A stretch of DNA of 64,000 bases from Escherichia coli (GTDB lineage: Bacteria; Pseudomonadota; Gammaproteobacteria; Enterobacterales; Enterobacteriaceae), in NCBI RefSeq assembly GCF_003334385.1, contig NZ_QOWN01000015.1; one strand, written 5' to 3'. The position numbers and the translations under genes were made by a program. A model generated the notes under the pieces. The model searched no databases and had not been told where the DNA came from. It was given only the letters and a program-made list of their open reading frames with translations. This document shows positions 56,321 through 64,000 of the stretch, in pieces (within the stretch, counting starts at the first letter, position 1; every line of letters starts with the position of its first letter).

Positions 56321-58042
56321 TTACAAACCCTGCTTGAACTGGTAATAACGCCCCTGTCTGGCAAGCAGTTCTGCGTGAGTACCTTGCTCAATAATTTGCC
56401 CGTTGTCCATCACTATTATTTGTTGGAAACGAGAGAGTCCGCGAAGTCGATGGGTGACCATTAACACCGTTTTCTCACGCATCATTTCTGCAAGCAATTC
56501 AAGGATCTGGCTTTCGGTTGTGGCATCTAAGCCTTCGGTAGGTTCATCCAGCAACACCAGTGGCGCATCATGTAACAGCGCACGGGCGATAGCCAGACGG
56601 CGCAGTTCACCACCGGAGAGCTGGCGTCCGCCTTCACCTAACCAACTGTTGAGACCTGCATCCTCGAGCAGCTTTTCCAGGCCAACGCGACGCAAGATCT
56701 CCGACAGAGCCTCATCACTACTGCCAGGCGAGGCGAGTAAAAGATTATCACGCAGCGTGGCGCTAAACAGATGCACTCGCTGAGGAACAACGCTGATGGT
56801 CTGTCGTAGAGCCGCTTCATTCAGGCTGGCTATGGGGCTATCGTTAAGCAAAATCTCGCCCTGTTGCGGGTCCCATGCGCGGGTCAGCAGTTGTAACAGT
56901 GTTGATTTGCCGCATCCGGTTCGCCCGAGAATCGCTATATGTTCCCCGGCGTTTACCTGAAGAGAAATCCCTTTAAGTGCCTGTTGAGATTGCTCCGGAT
57001 AAGTGAACTGAACATCCCGTAACGTCAGCGAAACGCGATCGGCAACACGAGTTTGGGTATCAGGAAAGGTGACCTCCGGTTTTTGATCCGTTAAGTCAGA
57101 GATACGTACGGCAGAGGCAATGACTTGCCCCAGATGCTGAAATGCACCCGTTACTGGTGCCAGTGCTTCAAACGCGGCTAACGCGCAGAAGACAAACAGG
57201 GCAATTAACGCGCCGGGTTGAGCATTGCCGCCAACGCCGCCAGACGCCATCCACAGCATCAGGATCACCGCTAACGCGCCAATGAGCAGCATTATCGCTT
57301 GCGACAATGCGGTCAGTTCAGATTGACGGCGTTGCGCTTCCAGCCATTGAATTTCTGTATTCTCTAGTTGCGTGCGATAACGATCGCTGGCACCAAAAAT
57401 GGTCAGCTCAGCTTGCCCTTGCAGCCAGGCCGTCAGTTGTTGGCGATACTGTCCGCGAAGATGAGTCAGATTTTGCCCGGTGCTTTTTCCCGCACGATAA
57501 AACAGCGGTGGCATCAGGAAAAGCGTCAGTAACATAATGCCGCCCAGCGTAAAGGCGAGGGTGAAATCAAGGAAACTTAACCCGATTGTCACCACCATAA
57601 TCACCACAAAAGCGCCCACCAGCGGCGAGATAACGCGCAGGTAAAGATGATCGAGCGTATCAACATCCGCCACCACGCGATTGAGCAATTCGCCCTGACG
57701 ATAGCGCGCCAGTCCGGCAGGGGAGAGGGGCAGCAATTTGCTGAAGGTGTAAATGCGCAGATGCTGCAACACGCGGAAAGTCGCGTCGTGACTTACCAGA
57801 CGTTCAAAATAGCGCCCGGCAGTACGGGTGATTGCTGCGCCACGCACGCCCGCAGCGGGTAGCATATAGTTGAAGCTGTACAGTCCGGCAACCCCCGCAA
57901 CCGCTGAGGCCGAGAGGAACCAGCCGGAAAGTGTCAACAGACCGATACTGGCGAGCAGCGTCACAATTGCCAGCACAATACCAAGACTTAACATCCATTT
58001 ATGACGTTTATACAGTGCCAGATAGGGTAGCAAAGCGCGCAT
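56321..58042 (-). CDS. cydC: Cysteine/glutathione ABC exporter subunit CydC
   Basis: ORF 573 aa; TMD plus NBD with Walker A GRTGCGKST. Confidence 0.95.
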   Translation of the reverse strand: MRALLPYLALYKRHKWMLSLGIVLAIVTLLASIGLLTLSGWFLSASAVAGVAGLYSFNYMLPAAGVRGAAITRTAGRYFERLVSHDATFRVLQHLRIYTFSKLLPLSPAGLARYRQGELLNRVVADVDTLDHLYLRVISPLVGAFVVIMVVTIGLSFLDFTLAFTLGGIMLLTLFLMPPLFYRAGKSTGQNLTHLRGQYRQQLTAWLQGQAELTIFGASDRYRTQLENTEIQWLEAQRRQSELTALSQAIMLLIGALAVILMLWMASGGVGGNAQPGALIALFVFCALAAFEALAPVTGAFQHLGQVIASAVRISDLTDQKPEVTFPDTQTRVADRVSLTLRDVQFTYPEQSQQALKGISLQVNAGEHIAILGRTGCGKSTLLQLLTRAWDPQQGEILLNDSPIASLNEAALRQTISVVPQRVHLFSATLRDNLLLASPGSSDEALSEILRRVGLEKLLEDAGLNSWLGEGGRQLSGGELRRLAIARALLHDAPLVLLDEPTEGLDATTESQILELLAEMMREKTVLMVTHRLRGLSRFQQIIVMDNGQIIEQGTHAELLARQGRYYQFKQGL

Positions 58043-59809
58043 TTAAATCTCCTCCTGACGATGGGCCAGTAATGTGGCGAATGGGCCACCAGCCACACTT
58101 AATTCCGCGTAACGTCCTTGCTCAATAATCCGGCCATCCTGCATAACCCAAATGACATCCCAGTCAGCAAGATCTTCTAACTGGTGGGTGACCATTAACG
58201 TTGTCTGGCGCAGAGAGGCGGCATTCAGCGCCTCCATTACGCGCTGTTCACTGTGAGCATCAAGGCTGGCAGCGGGTTCATCCAACAGTAATAGCGAACA
58301 GGGATTTAGTAACGCACGGGCCACCGCCACGCGCTGCGCCTGCCCCACGGAAAGGCGGGCAGCCTGGTCGCCAACAGGCGTATCAACGCCTTGTGGGAGG
58401 AGCGGTAGAAACTCGCTGACCCAGGCGTTATCCAGCGCTGCTTGTAATTCTTGTTCGCTGGCATCAGGTCGCGCCAGTAGTACGTTATCCCGCAATGTTG
58501 CTGCCGGTAATTGTGGGTTTTGCCCAACCCAGGAGAGATGTTTACGCCATGATTCTGGTGATAAATCGCGTAATTCTATCCCGTTGATTCGTAGCGATCC
58601 CTGATATGAGAGAAAACCAGAAAGCGCGTTCAGCAGTGAGCTTTTACCTGAACCGCTGCGACCAACCAACACCGCACGTTGGCCTGCTGGCAAAGTAAAG
58701 TTCAGCGGTCCGGCCAGCGTTTTACCTTCCGGCGACGTGATAAACAGCTCCTCGGCCTCAATGGTCACCGGATCGGTCGATGCTAATTCCGCCTCACCAC
58801 GTTGCGGATGGGCGAGCGGGGTTTCCATAAACGTTTTCAGACTGTCAGCTGCGCCAACAGCCTGGGCTTTAGCATGATAAAACGTACCGAGATCGCGTAA
58901 TGGCTGGAAAAACTCTGGCGCAAGGATCAGGGCCAGAAAACCCGCAGCCAGCGTCACACCGGTATCGTAGTGACCAAAATCCAGCTCGCCGAGATAGGAA
59001 AAACCAAAGTAGACCGCCACCAGAGCAATTGACAGCGAGGTAAAAAATTCGAGAATGCCGGAGGATAAAAACGCCAGCCGTAGCACTTCCATTGTCCGTT
59101 GGCGGAAATCTTCCGAAGCAGAACGAATACTTTCAATTTCAGCTTCACCACGACCAAAAATACGCAATGTTTCCATGCCGCGCAGGCGATCGAGGAAATG
59201 CCCACTTAAGCGAGCAAGAGCGAGAAAGTTACGTCGGTTAGCATCGGCAGCCCCCATTCCAACCAGCGCCATAAACAACGGAATTAACGGTGCAGTGCCC
59301 AGCAGAATGAGCGCCGCAGCCCAGTTAGAGGGGAAGATTGCCACCACAATCAGCAACGGCACCGACACTGCCAGCGCCATTTGCGGCAGATAGCGTGCAT
59401 AGTAATCATGCATATCGTCAATTTGCTCGAGTACCAGCGTCGCCCAGCTCCCCGCAGGTTTACCCTGAATCCACGCTGGCCCTGCTTGTTGCAGACGGTC
59501 GAGAACCTGACGGCGGATGGCAAAGCGGATATGCTGCCCGGCGTGATAACCCACCCGTTCGCGTAACCAGACCACCCATGCGCGCAGTACAAAGGTCAGA
59601 ACCAGTAACGTAAAGGGAAGCAGCAGGGCTTCACGGGGAATATTCTCCATAATCATATGTTGCAGAATTCGCGCCATGAACCAGGCCTGGGCAATGATCA
59701 ATATGCCGCTCACAAAGCCCAGCAGACGAGAAATATTCAGCCAACGTTGGGAGATGACGCTTTGCTGTTTTAACCAGCGGGTTAACTCTTTTTGACGAGA
59801 TTTATTCAT
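58043..59809 (-). CDS. cydD: Cysteine/glutathione ABC exporter subunit CydD
   Basis: ORF 588 aa; Walker A GRSGSGKSS; directly abuts cydC. Confidence 0.95.
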   Translation of the reverse strand: MNKSRQKELTRWLKQQSVISQRWLNISRLLGFVSGILIIAQAWFMARILQHMIMENIPREALLLPFTLLVLTFVLRAWVVWLRERVGYHAGQHIRFAIRRQVLDRLQQAGPAWIQGKPAGSWATLVLEQIDDMHDYYARYLPQMALAVSVPLLIVVAIFPSNWAAALILLGTAPLIPLFMALVGMGAADANRRNFLALARLSGHFLDRLRGMETLRIFGRGEAEIESIRSASEDFRQRTMEVLRLAFLSSGILEFFTSLSIALVAVYFGFSYLGELDFGHYDTGVTLAAGFLALILAPEFFQPLRDLGTFYHAKAQAVGAADSLKTFMETPLAHPQRGEAELASTDPVTIEAEELFITSPEGKTLAGPLNFTLPAGQRAVLVGRSGSGKSSLLNALSGFLSYQGSLRINGIELRDLSPESWRKHLSWVGQNPQLPAATLRDNVLLARPDASEQELQAALDNAWVSEFLPLLPQGVDTPVGDQAARLSVGQAQRVAVARALLNPCSLLLLDEPAASLDAHSEQRVMEALNAASLRQTTLMVTHQLEDLADWDVIWVMQDGRIIEQGRYAELSVAGGPFATLLAHRQEEI

Positions 59810-59931
59810 TGCACGCTTAGCAGGTGAGTTATCAGAATTATTTGCAGAGCAATGTTACAACGGGGAAAAAATAAAGGCGACCCATAGTCGCATGGTGTCG
59901 CCTTCTTTACTTTTGTTACTGATTTGTAAAA

Positions 59932-61014
<1,083 letters not shown>

Positions 61015-61441
61015 TCAAATTCTCCCGTCATTATCACCTCTGCTACTTAAATTTCCCGCTTTATAAGCCGATTAAATGATGAATAAACGCCCCTGTTAAT
61101 GAATATCTGGCATGTTGTACTAAAAATCGATGTTTTGCTTTGACAATCCCCTGGTGTTTTGCGAAAACATTCGAGGAAGAAAAAAAACAGTATTCTTATA
61201 TGCGCATAACCATGCATGTAAATACCATGTTTACCGTGCTAGTGAAATCTACGTATGGCGTGGACAGACGCCATTCGTGATGTCGATAGCTGCCACAAGG
61301 CAACGGTCTTCTCACCGTAGACCCAGGCATTGCGCGCCGTGAATCTTCATGATTTCGGTCTATCGTGACGGGTAGCGACTCTGAACAGTGATGTTTCAGG
61401 GTCAGACAGGAGTAGGGAAGGAATACAGAGAGACAATAATA

Positions 61442-61936
61442 ATGGTAGATAGCAAGAAGCGCCCTGGCAAAGATCTCGACCGTATCGATCGTAACATTCT
61501 TAATGAGTTGCAAAAGGATGGGCGTATTTCTAACGTCGAGCTTTCTAAACGTGTGGGACTTTCCCCAACGCCGTGCCTTGAGCGTGTGCGTCGGCTGGAA
61601 AGACAAGGGTTTATTCAGGGCTATACGGCGCTGCTTAACCCCCATTATCTGGATGCATCACTTCTGGTATTCGTTGAGATTACTCTGAATCGTGGCGCAC
61701 CGGATGTGTTTGAACAATTCAATACCGCTGTACAAAAACTTGAAGAAATTCAGGAGTGTCATTTAGTATCCGGTGATTTCGACTACCTGTTGAAAACACG
61801 CGTGCCGGATATGTCAGCCTACCGTAAGTTGCTGGGGGAAACCCTGCTGCGTCTGCCTGGCGTCAATGACACACGGACATACGTTGTTATGGAAGAAGTC
61901 AAGCAGAGTAATCGTCTGGTTATTAAGACGCGCTAA
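61442..61936 (+). CDS. lrp: Leucine-responsive regulatory protein Lrp
   Basis: ORF 61388..61936 trimmed to ATG 61442 (164 aa). Confidence 0.95.
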   Translation: MVDSKKRPGKDLDRIDRNILNELQKDGRISNVELSKRVGLSPTPCLERVRRLERQGFIQGYTALLNPHYLDASLLVFVEITLNRGAPDVFEQFNTAVQKLEEIQECHLVSGDFDYLLKTRVPDMSAYRKLLGETLLRLPGVNDTRTYVVMEEVKQSNRLVIKTR

Positions 61937-61976
61937 CACGGAACAGGTGCAAAATCGGCGTATTTTGATTACACTC

Positions 61977-61992
61977 CTGTTAATCCATACAG
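61977..61992 (+). promoter_or_regulatory. LexA box (SOS operator) in the lrp-ftsK intergenic region
   Basis: CTGT-TAATCCAT-ACAG fits CTGT-N8-ACAG, about 80 nt upstream of ftsK start. Confidence 0.7.
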
Positions 61993-62070
61993 CAACAGTA
62001 CTGGGGTAACCTGGTACTGTTGTCCGTTTTAGCATCGGGCAGGAAAAGCCTGTAACCTGGAGAGCCTTTC

Positions 62071-64000
62071 TTGAGCCAGGAATACACTGAAGACAAAGAA
62101 GTCACATTGACAAAGTTAAGTAGCGGCCGCCGCCTTCTGGAGGCGTTGCTGATCCTTATTGTCCTGTTTGCCGTCTGGTTGATGGCTGCCTTACTAAGCT
62201 TTAACCCTTCGGACCCCAGCTGGTCGCAAACGGCCTGGCATGAACCTATCCATAATTTAGGTGGGATGCCCGGTGCGTGGTTGGCAGATACGCTGTTCTT
62301 TATTTTTGGCGTGATGGCTTACACCATTCCCGTCATTATTGTCGGCGGTTGTTGGTTTGCCTGGCGTCATCAGTCCAGCGACGAATACATTGATTATTTT
62401 GCCGTTTCGCTACGCATCATTGGCGTTTTGGCGCTCATCCTTACCTCCTGTGGTCTGGCGGCAATCAACGCTGACGATATCTGGTATTTTGCCTCCGGTG
62501 GCGTCATTGGCAGCTTACTAAGCACTACGCTACAACCACTGCTACACAGTAGCGGGGGAACTATTGCGCTGCTCTGCGTTTGGGCAGCGGGCCTGACGTT
62601 GTTCACCGGTTGGTCATGGGTGACCATTGCTGAAAAACTCGGCGGCTGGATTTTAAACATTCTCACCTTCGCCAGTAATCGTACCCGTCGCGATGATACC
62701 TGGGTCGATGAAGATGAGTATGAAGACGACGAAGAGTATGAAGATGAAAATCACGGCAAACAGCATGAATCACGCCGTGCCCGTATTCTTCGCGGCGCGC
62801 TAGCGCGTCGTAAACGGTTGGCGGAAAAATTCATTAATCCGATGGGGCGGCAAACAGACGCTGCGTTGTTCTCCGGTAAGCGGATGGATGATGACGAAGA
62901 GATTACCTACACTGCACGCGGTGTGGCTGCCGACCCGGACGACGTCCTATTTTCGGGCAATCGTGCAACGCAGCCAGAATATGACGAATACGATCCATTA
63001 TTAAACGGTGCGCCAATTACCGAACCTGTCGCTGTAGCAGCTGCTGCTACCACGGCGACACAAAGCTGGGCTGCGCCGGTTGAACCTGTGACTCAGACGC
63101 CGCCTGTTGCCTCTGTTGATGTTCCACCTGCGCAACCTACAGTAGCCTGGCAGCCTGTACCGGGTCCACAAACGGGAGAGCCGGTTATTGCTCCTGCACC
63201 GGAAGGTTACCCACAGCAGTCACAATATGCGCAGCCTGCAGTGCAATATAATGAGCCGCTGCAACAACCAGTACAGCCGCAGCAGCCGTATTATGCACCT
63301 GCAGCTGAACAACCTGCGCAACAGCCGTATTATGCCCCTGCGCCAGAACAACCGGTGGCAGGTAACGCCTGGCAAGCCGAAGAGCAGCAATCCACTTTTG
63401 CTCCACAGTCTACATACCAGACTGAGCAAACTTATCAGCAGCCAGCCGCTCAGGAGCCGTTGTACCAACAGCCGCAACCCGTTGAACAGCAGCCTGTTGT
63501 GGAGCCTGAACCCGTTGTAGAAGAGACAAAACCCGCGCGTCCGCCGCTTTACTACTTTGAAGAAGTTGAAGAGAAGCGAGCCCGTGAACGTGAACAACTT
63601 GCGGCCTGGTATCAACCGATTCCAGAACCGGTTAAAGAACCAGAACCGATCAAATCTTCGCTGAAAGCACCTTCTGTTGCAGCAGTACCTCCAGTAGAAG
63701 CCGCTGCCGCTGTTTCCCCGCTGGCATCTGGCGTGAAAAAAGCGACACTGGCGACGGGGGCTGCCGCAACCGTTGCCGCGCCAGTCTTCAGTCTGGCAAA
63801 TAGCGGTGGACCGCGTCCTCAGGTCAAAGAGGGGATTGGTCCGCAGTTGCCACGACCGAAACGTATCCGCGTGCCAACTCGTCGTGAACTGGCGTCTTAC
63901 GGTATTAAGCTGCCCTCACAGCGTGCGGCGGAAGAAAAAGCCCGTGAAGCCCAGCGCAATCAGTACGATTCTGGCGATCAGTACAACGATGATGAAATCG
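62071..64000 (+). CDS. ftsK: DNA translocase FtsK, N-terminal membrane domain and Pro/Gln-rich linker; 3'-truncated by window edge
   Basis: Frame 1 open from TTG at 62071 (GGAG RBS at 62059-62062) to window end; translation (M)SQEYTEDKEVTLTKLSSGRRLLEALLILIV... recognised; absent from ORF track because there is no in-window stop. Confidence 0.9.
   Translation, partial: MSQEYTEDKEVTLTKLSSGRRLLEALLILIVLFAVWLMAALLSFNPSDPSWSQTAWHEPIHNLGGMPGAWLADTLFFIFGVMAYTIPVIIVGGCWFAWRHQSSDEYIDYFAVSLRIIGVLALILTSCGLAAINADDIWYFASGGVIGSLLSTTLQPLLHSSGGTIALLCVWAAGLTLFTGWSWVTIAEKLGGWILNILTFASNRTRRDDTWVDEDEYEDDEEYEDENHGKQHESRRARILRGALARRKRLAEKFINPMGRQTDAALFSGKRMDDDEEITYTARGVAADPDDVLFSGNRATQPEYDEYDPLLNGAPITEPVAVAAAATTATQSWAAPVEPVTQTPPVASVDVPPAQPTVAWQPVPGPQTGEPVIAPAPEGYPQQSQYAQPAVQYNEPLQQPVQPQQPYYAPAAEQPAQQPYYAPAPEQPVAGNAWQAEEQQSTFAPQSTYQTEQTYQQPAAQEPLYQQPQPVEQQPVVEPEPVVEETKPARPPLYYFEEVEEKRAREREQLAAWYQPIPEPVKEPEPIKSSLKAPSVAAVPPVEAAAAVSPLASGVKKATLATGAAATVAAPVFSLANSGGPRPQVKEGIGPQLPRPKRIRVPTRRELASYGIKLPSQRAAEEKAREAQRNQYDSGDQYNDDEI

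Noticed and set aside
63188-63615. Overlapping ORFs of 110 aa (plus) and 131 aa (minus) near the window end
   Set aside because: Both fall inside the ftsK Pro/Gln-rich linker, where repetitive codons keep alternative frames open; ftsK frame 1 is the real gene.

Overview
This window reads as a contiguous, syntenic stretch of Escherichia coli K-12-type core chromosome running from gsiC to the 5' part of ftsK. I recognise about 58 protein genes by their translations and known lengths, plus tRNA-Ser (serW), the sigma-E-dependent sRNA RybB, several REP/BIME repeats and rho-independent terminators. Gene content is housekeeping, transport and stress metabolism: gsiCD, pdeI-dgcI, rimO, bssR, dacC, deoR, mdfA, the ybjC-nfsA-rimK-ybjN operon, potFGHI, rlmC, artJ/artPIQM, amiD, ltaE, poxB, hcp-hcr, lysO, aqpZ, macAB, cspD, clpSA, infA, aat, cydDC, trxB, lrp, ftsK. 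I found no integrase, transposase, phage or plasmid genes and no unassigned multi-gene cluster, so I do not see a previously undescribed system here. The items most worth a second look are: (1) a vestigial type I-F CRISPR array (two repeats, one 32-bp spacer) between clpA and serW with no cas genes nearby; (2) ybjD, a stand-alone OLD-family ATPase-Toprim protein of unknown function; (3) a GC-rich intergenic element between lysO and aqpZ carrying two perfect palindromes. Identifications rest on my recognition of the translated sequences, not on a database search, and all coordinates were counted by hand. The ORF track starts each ORF at the most upstream ATG/GTG/TTG, so many starts below are trimmed to the internal codon that gives the known protein length.
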